From sequence record NZ_CP145666.1: 64,000 nucleotides of DNA. The stretch is one strand, 5' to 3'. The notes under the pieces were generated by a model. That model saw only the letters and a list, made by a program, of their open reading frames with translations, had not been told where the DNA came from and made no database searches. Position 1 is the stretch's first letter; the number at the start of each line of letters is the position of its first letter. The position numbers and the translations under genes are program-made. Shown piece by piece: positions 11,346 through 21,508 of this stretch. This DNA comes from a plasmid.

Positions 11346-11708
11346 CTAAACAATGCTCAGCACCACCGGCAAGCGCCGCGACGGCCGAGGTCTTCCGATC
11401 TCCTGAAGCCAGGGCAGATCCGTGCACAGCACCTTGCCGTAGAAGAACAGCAAGGCCGCCAATGCCTGACGATGCGTGGAGACCGAAACCTTGCGCTCGT
11501 TCGCCAGCCAGGACAGAAATGCCTCGACTTCGCTGCTGCCCAAGGTTGCCGGGTGACGCACACCGTGGAAACGGATGAAGGCACGAACCCAGTGGACATA
11601 AGCCTGTTCGGTTCGTAAACTGTAATGCAAGTAGCGTATGCGCTCACGCAACTGGTCCAGAACCTTGACCGAACGCAGCGGTGGTAACGGCGCAGTGGCG
11701 GTTTTCAT
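11346..11708 (-). pseudogene. intI1: intI1 remnant: only the 5' ~350 bp remain, encoding the first ~117 aa with R32 and H39
   Basis: The region from 11356 onward is identical to intI1 copy 1. The ORF then reads into unrelated sequence downstream of dfrA19. Confidence 0.85.
11593..11621 (+). promoter_or_regulatory. Cassette promoter Pc, the PcH1 variant (TGGACA-N17-TAAACT with no TGN)
   Basis: Read directly from the sequence. It differs from copy 1 at two positions: GGTTCGTAAACT here versus GGTTGGTAAGCT in copy 1. Confidence 0.55.
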
Positions 11709-11853
11709 GGCTTGTTATGACTGTTTTTTTGTACAGTCTATGCCTCGGGCATCCAAGCAGCAAGCGCGTTACGCCGTGGGTCGATGTTTGATGTTATGGA
11801 GCAGCAACGATGTTACGCAGCAGGGCAGTCGCCCTAAAACAAAGTTAGACATC

Positions 11854-12645
11854 ATGAGGGTAGCGGTGACCATCGAAATTTCGAACCAACTATCAGAGGT
11901 GCTAAGCGTCATTGAGCGCCATCTGGAATCAACGTTGCTGGCCGTGCATTTGTACGGCTCCGCAGTGGATGGCGGCCTGAAGCCATACAGCGATATTGAT
12001 TTGTTGGTTACTGTGGCCGTAAAGCTTGATGAAACGACGCGGCGAGCATTGCTCAATGACCTTATGGAGGCTTCGGCTTTCCCTGGCGAGAGCGAGACGC
12101 TCCGCGCTATAGAAGTCACCCTTGTCGTGCATGACGACATCATCCCGTGGCGTTATCCGGCTAAGCGCGAGCTGCAATTTGGAGAATGGCAGCGCAATGA
12201 CATTCTTGCGGGTATCTTCGAGCCAGCCATGATCGACATTGATCTAGCTATCCTGCTTACAAAAGCAAGAGAACATAGCGTTGCCTTGGTAGGTCCGGCA
12301 GCGGAGGAATTCTTTGACCCGGTTCCTGAACAGGATCTATTCGAGGCGCTGAGGGAAACCTTGAAGCTATGGAACTCGCAGCCCGACTGGGCCGGCGATG
12401 AGCGAAATGTAGTGCTTACGTTGTCCCGCATTTGGTACAGCGCAATAACCGGCAAAATCGCGCCGAAGGATGTCGCTGCCGACTGGGCAATAAAACGCCT
12501 ACCTGCCCAGTATCAGCCCGTCTTACTTGAAGCTAAGCAAGCTTATCTGGGACAAAAAGAAGATCACTTGGCCTCACGCGCAGATCACTTGGAAGAATTT
12601 ATTCGCTTTGTGAAAGGCGAGATCATCAAGTCAGTTGGTAAATGA
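11854..12645 (+). CDS. aadA2: Aminoglycoside 3''-adenylyltransferase AadA2 gene cassette
   Basis: The protein begins MRVAVTIEISNQLSEVLSVIERHLESTLLAVHLYGSAVDGGLKPYSDIDLLV and is 263 aa. Confidence 0.9.
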   Translation: MRVAVTIEISNQLSEVLSVIERHLESTLLAVHLYGSAVDGGLKPYSDIDLLVTVAVKLDETTRRALLNDLMEASAFPGESETLRAIEVTLVVHDDIIPWRYPAKRELQFGEWQRNDILAGIFEPAMIDIDLAILLTKAREHSVALVGPAAEEFFDPVPEQDLFEALRETLKLWNSQPDWAGDERNVVLTLSRIWYSAITGKIAPKDVAADWAIKRLPAQYQPVLLEAKQAYLGQKEDHLASRADHLEEFIRFVKGEIIKSVGK

Positions 12646-12706
12646 TGTCTAACAATTCGTTCAAGCCGACCGCGCTACGCGCGGCGGCTTAACTCCGGCG
12701 TTGGGC
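12646..12706 (+). other. attC of the aadA2 cassette
   Basis: The sequence TGTCTAACAATTCGTTCAAGCCGACCGCGCTACGCGCGGCGGCTTAACTCCGGCGTTGGGC has 1L/2L/2R/1R-type symmetry. Confidence 0.55.
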
Positions 12707-12776
12707 GCACAATAAGGCTCCTTGCAGAGTTGCTTGAAAGTTGTTACGATTCAAATTCAATCATGAGATAGTCAGC

Positions 12777-12806
12777 AGATGAGCACTTCCAAGAACGCAG
12801 ACAAGT
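12777..12806 (+). promoter_or_regulatory. cmlA translational-attenuation leader peptide (MSTSKNADK) with a downstream hairpin
   Basis: The short ORF ATGAGCACTTCCAAGAACGCAGACAAGTAA is followed by the inverted repeat GCCGCAGCAACC...GGTTGTTGCGGCG, about 100 nt upstream of the cmlA start. Confidence 0.7.
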
Positions 12807-12906
12807 AAGCCGCAGCAACCTTCATTTTTCGGTTGTTGCGGCGTTCTCATGAATCCTTTTGCTCTACGGGAGCGCCGCCAAATCCTTTGTTCAAGGAGAT
12901 GGTTTC

Positions 12907-14166
12907 GTGAGCTCAAAAAACTTTAGTTGGCGGTACTCCCTTGCCGCCACGGTGTTGTTGTTATCACCGTTCGATTTATTGGCATCACTCGGCATGGACA
13001 TGTACTTGCCAGCAGTGCCGTTTATGCCAAACGCGCTTGGTACGACAGCGAGCACAATTCAGCTTACGCTGACAACGTACTTGGTCATGATTGGTGCCGG
13101 TCAGCTCTTGTTTGGACCGCTATCGGACCGACTGGGGCGCCGCCCCGTTCTACTGGGAGGTGGCCTCGCCTACGTTGTGGCGTCAATGGGCCTCGCTCTT
13201 ACGTCATCGGCTGAAGTCTTTCTGGGGCTTCGGATTCTTCAGGCTTGTGGTGCCTCGGCGTGCCTTGTTTCCACATTTGCAACAGTACGTGACATTTACG
13301 CAGGTCGCGAGGAAAGTAATGTCATTTACGGCATACTCGGATCCATGCTGGCCATGGTCCCGGCGGTAGGCCCATTGCTCGGAGCGCTCGTCGACATGTG
13401 GCTTGGGTGGCGGGCTATCTTTGCGTTTCTAGGTTTGGGCATGATCGCTGCATCTGCAGCAGCGTGGCGATTCTGGCCTGAAACCCGGGTGCAACGAGTT
13501 GCGGGCTTGCAATGGTCGCAGCTGCTACTCCCCGTTAAGTGCCTGAACTTCTGGTTGTACACGTTGTGTTACGCCGCTGGAATGGGTAGCTTCTTCGTCT
13601 TTTTCTCCATTGCGCCCGGACTAATGATGGGCAGGCAAGGTGTGTCTCAGCTTGGCTTCAGCCTGCTGTTCGCCACAGTGGCAATTGCCATGGTGTTTAC
13701 GGCTCGTTTTATGGGGCGTGTGATACCCAAGTGGGGCAGCCCAAGTGTCTTGCGAATGGGAATGGGATGCCTGATAGCTGGAGCAGTATTGCTTGCCATC
13801 ACCGAAATATGGGCTTTGCAGTCCGTGTTAGGCTTTATTGCTCCAATGTGGCTAGTGGGTATTGGTGTCGCCACAGCGGTATCTGTGGCGCCCAATGGCG
13901 CTCTTCGAGGATTCGACCATGTTGCTGGAACGGTCACGGCAGTCTACTTCTGCTTGGGCGGTGTACTGCTAGGAAGCATCGGAACGTTGATCATTTCGCT
14001 GTTGCCGCGCAACACGGCTTGGCCGGTTGTCGTGTACTGTTTGACCCTTGCAACAGTCGTGCTCGGTCTGTCTTGTGTTTCCCGAGTGAAGGGCTCTCGC
14101 GGCCAGGGGGAGCATGATGTGGTCGCGCTACAAAGTGCGGAAAGTACATCAAATCCCAATCGTTGA
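12907..14166 (+). CDS. cmlA1: Chloramphenicol efflux MFS transporter CmlA1 gene cassette (GTG start)
   Basis: The 419-aa 12-TM MFS protein begins (V)SSKNFSWRYSLAATVLLLSPFDLLASLGMDMYLPAVPFM. Confidence 0.9.
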   Translation: MSSKNFSWRYSLAATVLLLSPFDLLASLGMDMYLPAVPFMPNALGTTASTIQLTLTTYLVMIGAGQLLFGPLSDRLGRRPVLLGGGLAYVVASMGLALTSSAEVFLGLRILQACGASACLVSTFATVRDIYAGREESNVIYGILGSMLAMVPAVGPLLGALVDMWLGWRAIFAFLGLGMIAASAAAWRFWPETRVQRVAGLQWSQLLLPVKCLNFWLYTLCYAAGMGSFFVFFSIAPGLMMGRQGVSQLGFSLLFATVAIAMVFTARFMGRVIPKWGSPSVLRMGMGCLIAGAVLLAITEIWALQSVLGFIAPMWLVGIGVATAVSVAPNGALRGFDHVAGTVTAVYFCLGGVLLGSIGTLIISLLPRNTAWPVVVYCLTLATVVLGLSCVSRVKGSRGQGEHDVVALQSAESTSNPNR

Positions 14167-14324
14167 GAGAATGTGGCAAGCTATCGCCCAACAAATCGCT
14201 GCAGCCGACCCAAAACCGCTACGCGGTTTCGGTCGGCTGAGCTCAGGCGTTATGCTCTGTGAGCCTGGTTATTGGCGAAGCGAAAGTATGACGATTTCAG
14301 CAATAAACGCAAAAGGATAAAAAA

Positions 14325-15551
14325 ATGACATGGAGAACGACCAGAACACTTTTACAGCCTCAAAAGCTGGAGTTCAATGAGTTTGAGATTCTTAATCCCG
14401 TAGTTGAGGGCGCCCGAATTGTCGGCATTGGCGAGGGTGCTCACTTTGTCGCGGAGTTCTCACTGGCTAGAGCTAGTCTTATTCGCTATTTTGTCGAGAG
14501 GCATGATTTTAATGCGATTGGTTTGGAATGTGGGGCGATTCAGGCATCCCGGCTATCTGAATGGCTCAACTCAACAGCCGGTGCTCATGAACTTGAGCGA
14601 TTTTCGGATACCCTGACCTTTTCTTTGTATGGCTCAGTGCTGATTTGGGTTAAATCATATCTACGCGAATCAGGAAGAAAACTGCAGTTAGTCGGAATCG
14701 ATTTACCCAACACCTTGAATCCAAGGGACGACCTAGCGCAATTGGCCGAAATTATCCAGGTCATCGACCACCTCATGAAACCCCACGTTGATGCGCTGAC
14801 TCAGTTGTTGACGTCCATTGATGGCCAGTCGGCGGTTATTTCATCGGCAAAATGGGGGGAGTTGGAAACGGCTCAGCAGGAGAAAGCTATCTCAGGGGTA
14901 ACCAGATTGAAGCTCCGTTTGGCGTCGCTTGCCCCTGTCCTGAAAAATCACGTCAACAGCGATTTTTTCCGAAAAGCCTCTGATCGAATAGAGTCGATAG
15001 AGTATACGTTGGAAACCTTGCGTGTAATGAAAGCTTTCTTCGATGGTACCTCTCTTGAGGGAGATACTTCCGTACGTGACTCGTATATGGCGGGCGTGGT
15101 GGATGGAATGGTTCGAGCGAATCCGGATGTAAGGATAATTCTGCTGGCGCACAACAATCATTTACAAAAAACTCCAGTTTCCTTTTCAGGCGAGCTTACG
15201 GCTGTTCCCATGGGACAGCATCTCGCAGAGAGGGAGGAGGGGGATTACCGTGCGATTGCATTCACCCATCTTGGACTCACCGTGCCGGAAATGCATTTCC
15301 CATCGCCCGACAGTCCTCTTGGATTCTCTGTTGTGACCACGCCTGCCGATGCAATCCGTGAGGATAGTGTGGAACAGTATGTCATCGATGCCTGTGGTAA
15401 GGAGGATTCATGCCTGACATTGACAGATGACCCCATGGAAGCAAAGCGAATGCGGTCCCAAAGCGCCTCTGTAGAAACGAATTTGAGCGAGGCATTTGAT
15501 GCCATCGTCTGCGTTCCCAGCGCCGGCAAGGACAGCCTGGTTGCCCTATAG
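14325..15551 (+). CDS. ereA: Erythromycin esterase type I, EreA2-like gene cassette
   Basis: The 408-aa protein begins MTWRTTRTLLQPQKLEFNEFEILNPVVEGARIVGIGEGAHFVAEF. Confidence 0.8.
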   Translation: MTWRTTRTLLQPQKLEFNEFEILNPVVEGARIVGIGEGAHFVAEFSLARASLIRYFVERHDFNAIGLECGAIQASRLSEWLNSTAGAHELERFSDTLTFSLYGSVLIWVKSYLRESGRKLQLVGIDLPNTLNPRDDLAQLAEIIQVIDHLMKPHVDALTQLLTSIDGQSAVISSAKWGELETAQQEKAISGVTRLKLRLASLAPVLKNHVNSDFFRKASDRIESIEYTLETLRVMKAFFDGTSLEGDTSVRDSYMAGVVDGMVRANPDVRIILLAHNNHLQKTPVSFSGELTAVPMGQHLAEREEGDYRAIAFTHLGLTVPEMHFPSPDSPLGFSVVTTPADAIREDSVEQYVIDACGKEDSCLTLTDDPMEAKRMRSQSASVETNLSEAFDAIVCVPSAGKDSLVAL

Positions 15552-15733
15552 GAAACCAGAAATGAAATGAAGGAGCATAACCTGCCAATCCACCGGACGG
15601 TTTTCAACCGCCGGTGATCAGCGCGTTAGATGCACTAAGCACATAATTGCTCACAGCCAAACTATCAGGTCAAGTCTGCTTTTATTATTTTTAAGCGTGC
15701 ATAATAAGCCCTACACAAATTGGGAGATATATC

Positions 15734-16081
15734 ATGAAAGGCTGGCTTTTTCTTGTTATCGCAATAGTTGGCGAAGTAATCGCAACATCCGCATTAAAAT
15801 CTAGCGAGGGCTTTACTAAGCTTGCCCCTTCCGCCGTTGTCATAATCGGTTATGGCATCGCATTTTATTTTCTTTCTCTGGTTCTGAAATCCATCCCTGT
15901 CGGTGTTGCTTATGCAGTCTGGTCGGGACTCGGCGTCGTCATAATTACAGCCATTGCCTGGTTGCTTCATGGGCAAAAGCTTGATGCGTGGGGCTTTGTA
16001 GGTATGGGGCTCATAATTGCTGCCTTTTTGCTCGCCCGATCCCCATCGTGGAAGTCGCTGCGGAGGCCGACGCCATGGTGA
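15734..16081 (+). CDS. qacEdelta1: QacEdelta1 (3'-CS, copy 2)
   Basis: Identical to the copy at 6451. Confidence 0.9.
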   Translation: MKGWLFLVIAIVGEVIATSALKSSEGFTKLAPSAVVIIGYGIAFYFLSLVLKSIPVGVAYAVWSGLGVVIITAIAWLLHGQKLDAWGFVGMGLIIAAFLLARSPSWKSLRRPTPW

Positions 16082-16914
16082 CGGTGTTCGGCATTCTGAA
16101 TCTCACCGAGGACTCCTTCTTCGATGAGAGCCGGCGGCTAGACCCCGCCGGCGCTGTCACCGCGGCGATCGAAATGCTGCGAGTCGGATCAGACGTCGTG
16201 GATGTCGGACCGGCCGCCAGCCATCCGGACGCGAGGCCTGTATCGCCGGCCGATGAGATCAGACGTATTGCGCCGCTCTTAGACGCCCTGTCCGATCAGA
16301 TGCACCGTGTTTCAATCGACAGCTTCCAACCGGAAACCCAGCGCTATGCGCTCAAGCGCGGCGTGGGCTACCTGAACGATATCCAAGGATTTCCTGACCC
16401 TGCGCTCTATCCCGATATTGCTGAGGCGGACTGCAGGCTGGTGGTTATGCACTCAGCGCAGCGGGATGGCATCGCCACCCGCACCGGTCACCTTCGACCC
16501 GAAGACGCGCTCGACGAGATTGTGCGGTTCTTCGAGGCGCGGGTTTCCGCCTTGCGACGGAGCGGGGTCGCTGCCGACCGGCTCATCCTCGATCCGGGGA
16601 TGGGATTTTTCTTGAGCCCCGCACCGGAAACATCGCTGCACGTGCTGTCGAACCTTCAAAAGCTGAAGTCGGCGTTGGGGCTTCCGCTATTGGTCTCGGT
16701 GTCGCGGAAATCCTTCTTGGGCGCCACCGTTGGCCTTCCTGTAAAGGATCTGGGTCCAGCGAGCCTTGCGGCGGAACTTCACGCGATCGGCAATGGCGCT
16801 GACTACGTCCGCACCCACGCGCCTGGAGATCTGCGAAGCGCAATCACCTTCTCGGAAACCCTCGCGAAATTTCGCAGTCGCGACGCCAGAGACCGAGGGT
16901 TAGATCATGCCTAG
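16075..16914 (+). CDS. sul1: Sul1 (3'-CS, copy 2)
   Basis: Identical to the copy at 6792. This 3'-CS continues into orf5. Confidence 0.95.
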   Translation: MVTVFGILNLTEDSFFDESRRLDPAGAVTAAIEMLRVGSDVVDVGPAASHPDARPVSPADEIRRIAPLLDALSDQMHRVSIDSFQPETQRYALKRGVGYLNDIQGFPDPALYPDIAEADCRLVVMHSAQRDGIATRTGHLRPEDALDEIVRFFEARVSALRRSGVAADRLILDPGMGFFLSPAPETSLHVLSNLQKLKSALGLPLLVSVSRKSFLGATVGLPVKDLGPASLAAELHAIGNGADYVRTHAPGDLRSAITFSETLAKFRSRDARDRGLDHA

Positions 16915-17041
16915 CATTCACCTTCCGGCCGCCCGCTAGCGGACCCTGGTCAGGTTCCGCGAAGGTGGGCGCAGACATGCTGGGCTCGTCAGGATCAAAC
17001 TGCACTATGAGGCGGCGGTTCATACCGCGCCAGGGGAGCGA

Positions 17042-17542
17042 ATGGACAGCGAGGAGCCTCCGAACGTTCGGGTCGCCTGCTCGGGTGATATCGACGAGGT
17101 TGTGCGGCTGATGCACGACGCTGCGGCGTGGATGTCCGCCAAGGGAACGCCCGCCTGGGACGTCGCGCGGATCGACCGGACATTCGCGGAGACCTTCGTC
17201 CTGAGATCCGAGCTCCTAGTCGCGAGTTGCAGCGACGGCATCGTCGGCTGTTGCACCTTGTCGGCCGAGGGTCCCGAGTTCTGGCCCGACGCCCTCAAGG
17301 GGGAGGCCGCATATCTGCACAAGCTCGCGGTGCGACGGACACATGCGGGCCGGGGTGTCAGCTCCGCGCTGATCGAGGCTTGCCGCCATGCCGCGCGAAC
17401 GCAGGGGTGCGCCAAGCTGCGGCTCGACTGCCACCCGAACCTGCGTGGCCTATACGAGCGGCTCGGATTCACCCACGTCGACACTTTCAATCCCGGCTGG
17501 GATCCAACCTTCATCGCAGAACGCCTAGAACTCGAAATCTAA
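17042..17542 (+). CDS. orf5 of the 3'-CS, a putative GNAT acetyltransferase
   Basis: The 166-aa protein begins MDSEEPPNVRVACSGDIDEVVRLMHDAAAWM, matching the standard orf5. Confidence 0.8.
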   Translation: MDSEEPPNVRVACSGDIDEVVRLMHDAAAWMSAKGTPAWDVARIDRTFAETFVLRSELLVASCSDGIVGCCTLSAEGPEFWPDALKGEAAYLHKLAVRRTHAGRGVSSALIEACRHAARTQGCAKLRLDCHPNLRGLYERLGFTHVDTFNPGWDPTFIAERLELEI

Positions 17543-17864
17543 CGTCCGTTCGGGCATCGAGGTCCATGTCGGGGTGGGACGGGCCCGTGGCTTCAAGATC
17601 ACTTGCAGTCCGACCGCGATGTCTTGGTTGCGCGAGAGGTTGTCGATATCCTCCACTTCCATCATCAACCCTGGATAATGCCGCCGCCGTCATCGCCGCC
17701 GACGCCCGTGCCGGGCTTTTCGGGCCTGTCAGGCTTGCTCGGCCTTCAGCCTGCCTGGGCGAGATCTCCGGCGGACGGATTAACGGCGGAGCTTCGCCGC
17801 CTTTCGTGCGTGTGAAGGCCGAAGATAGTTCTCTCAAAAACATCCGTTTATGAGAGATACCAAA

Positions 17865-17889
17865 TGTCATTTTCAGAAGACGACTGCAC
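17865..17889 (+). repeat. 25-bp IRt-type repeat that starts a 123-bp tni-end fragment abutting IS6100 (In4-like arrangement)
   Basis: The sequence TGTCATTTTCAGAAGACGACTGCAC is followed by exactly 123 bp up to the IS6100 IR at 17988. It lies in the same orientation as IRi, consistent with the inverted partial copy seen in In4-type integrons. Confidence 0.65.
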
Positions 17890-17987
17890 CAGTTGATTGG
17901 GCGTAATGGCTGTTGTGCAGCCAGCTCCTGACAGTTCAATATCAGAAGTGATCTGCACCAATCTCGACTATGCTCAATACTCGTGTG

Positions 17988-18867
17988 GGCTCTGTTGCAA
18001 AAATCGTGAAGCTTGAGCATGCTTGGCGGAGATTGGACGGACGGAACGATGACGGATTTCAAGTGGCGCCATTTCCAGGGTGATGTGATCCTGTGGGCGG
18101 TGCGCTGGTATTGTCGCTATCCGATCAGCTATCGCGACCTTGAGGAAATGCTGGCGGAACGCGGCATTTCGGTCGACCATACGACGATCTATCGCTGGGT
18201 CCAGTGCTACGCCCCGGAGATGGAGAAGCGGCTGCGCTGGTTCTGGCGGCGTGGCTTTGATCCGAGCTGGCGCCTGGATGAAACCTACGTCAAGGTGCGG
18301 GGCAAGTGGACCTACCTGTACCGGGCAGTCGACAAGCGGGGCGACACGATCGATTTCTACCTGTCGCCGACCCGCAGCGCCAAGGCAGCGAAGCGGTTCC
18401 TGGGCAAGGCCCTGCGAGGCCTGAAGCACTGGGAAAAGCCTGCCACGCTCAATACCGACAAAGCGCCGAGCTATGGTGCAGCGATCACCGAATTGAAGCG
18501 CGAAGGAAAGCTGGACCGGGAGACGGCCCACCGGCAGGTGAAGTATCTCAATAACGTGATCGAGGCCGATCACGGAAAGCTCAAGATACTGATCAAGCCG
18601 GTGCGCGGTTTCAAATCGATCCCCACGGCCTATGCCACGATCAAGGGATTCGAAGTCATGCGAGCCCTGCGCAAAGGACAGGCTCGCCCCTGGTGCCTGC
18701 AGCCCGGCATCAGGGGCGAGGTGCGCCTTGTGGAGAGAGCTTTTGGCATTGGGCCCTCGGCGCTGACGGAGGCCATGGGCATGCTCAACCACCATTTCGC
18801 AGCAGCCGCCTGATCGGCGCAGAGCGACAGCCTACCTCTGACTGCCGCCAATCTTTGCAACAGAGCC
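17988..18867 (+). mobile_element. IS6100 (880 bp, IS6 family)
   Basis: The terminal IRs GGCTCTGTTGCAAA / TTTGCAACAGAGCC lie 880 bp apart. Confidence 0.9.
18049..18813 (+). CDS. tnpA: IS6100 transposase
   Basis: The 254-aa protein begins MTDFKWRHFQGDVILWAVRWYCRYPISYRDLEEMLAERGISVDHTTIYRW. Confidence 0.9.
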   Translation: MTDFKWRHFQGDVILWAVRWYCRYPISYRDLEEMLAERGISVDHTTIYRWVQCYAPEMEKRLRWFWRRGFDPSWRLDETYVKVRGKWTYLYRAVDKRGDTIDFYLSPTRSAKAAKRFLGKALRGLKHWEKPATLNTDKAPSYGAAITELKREGKLDRETAHRQVKYLNNVIEADHGKLKILIKPVRGFKSIPTAYATIKGFEVMRALRKGQARPWCLQPGIRGEVRLVERAFGIGPSALTEAMGMLNHHFAAAA

Positions 18868-18904
18868 TCCGTCGCCATGCTCACCTCGCTTTGGTGCACA
18901 CGAG

Positions 18905-19724
18905 GGCACTGTTGCAAATAGTCGGTGGTGATAAACTTATCATCCCCTTTTGCTGATGGAGCTGCACATGAACCCATTCAAAGGCCGGCATTTTCAGCGT
19001 GACATCATTCTGTGGGCCGTACGCTGGTACTGCAAATACGGCATCAGTTACCGTGAGCTGCAGGAGATGCTGGCTGAACGCGGAGTGAATGTCGATCACT
19101 CCACGATTTACCGCTGGGTTCAGCGTTATGCGCCTGAAATGGAAAAACGGCTGCGCTGGTACTGGCGTAACCCTTCCGATCTTTGCCCGTGGCACATGGA
19201 TGAAACCTACGTGAAGGTCAATGGCCGCTGGGCGTATCTGTACCGGGCCGTCGACAGCCGGGGCCGCACTGTCGATTTTTATCTCTCCTCCCGTCGTAAC
19301 AGCAAAGCTGCATACCGGTTTCTGGGTAAAATCCTCAACAACGTGAAGAAGTGGCAGATCCCGCGATTCATCAACACGGATAAAGCGCCCGCCTATGGTC
19401 GCGCGCTTGCTCTGCTCAAACGCGAAGGCCGGTGCCCGTCTGACGTTGAACACCGACAGATTAAGTACCGGAACAACGTGATTGAATGCGATCATGGCAA
19501 ACTGAAACGGATAATCGGCGCCACGCTGGGATTTAAATCCATGAAGACGGCTTACGCCACCATCAAAGGTATTGAGGTGATGCGTGCACTACGCAAAGGC
19601 CAGGCCTCAGCATTTTATTATGGTGATCCCCTGGGCGAAATGCGCCTGGTAAGCAGAGTTTTTGAAATGTAAGGCCTTTGAATAAGACAAAAGGCTGCCT
19701 CATCGCTAACTTTGCAACAGTGCC
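18905..19724 (+). mobile_element. IS26, copy 2 (820 bp)
   Basis: The terminal IRs lie 820 bp apart. This is the reference-type Tnp26. Confidence 0.95.
18968..19672 (+). CDS. tnpA: IS26 transposase Tnp26
   Basis: The protein begins MNPFKGRHFQRD and has the AYGRAL and NPSDLCPWH versions of the variable positions. Confidence 0.9.
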   Translation: MNPFKGRHFQRDIILWAVRWYCKYGISYRELQEMLAERGVNVDHSTIYRWVQRYAPEMEKRLRWYWRNPSDLCPWHMDETYVKVNGRWAYLYRAVDSRGRTVDFYLSSRRNSKAAYRFLGKILNNVKKWQIPRFINTDKAPAYGRALALLKREGRCPSDVEHRQIKYRNNVIECDHGKLKRIIGATLGFKSMKTAYATIKGIEVMRALRKGQASAFYYGDPLGEMRLVSRVFEM

Positions 19725-19744
19725 GAGTAAACTTGGTCTGACAG

Positions 19745-20617
<873 letters not shown>

Positions 20618-20787
20618 TCAATATTATTGAAGCATTTACCAGGGTTATTGTCTCATGAGCGGATACATATTTGAATGTATTTAGAAAAATAAACAAATAG
20701 GGGTTCCGCGCACATTTCCCCGAAAAGTGCCACCTGACGTCTAAGAAACCATTATTATCATGACATTAACCTATAAAAATAGGCGTA

Positions 20788-21508
<721 letters not shown>

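Noticed and set aside
17020-17853. Long GC-rich ORFs overlapping orf5 and the orf6 remnant (17020-17514 on the minus strand, 17128-17853 on the plus strand).
   Set aside because: They are overlapping frames of the 3'-CS. Only orf5 is conserved as a gene there.
17974-18795. A 273-aa ORF antisense to the IS6100 transposase
   Set aside because: It is the antisense frame of tnpA in a GC-rich IS.
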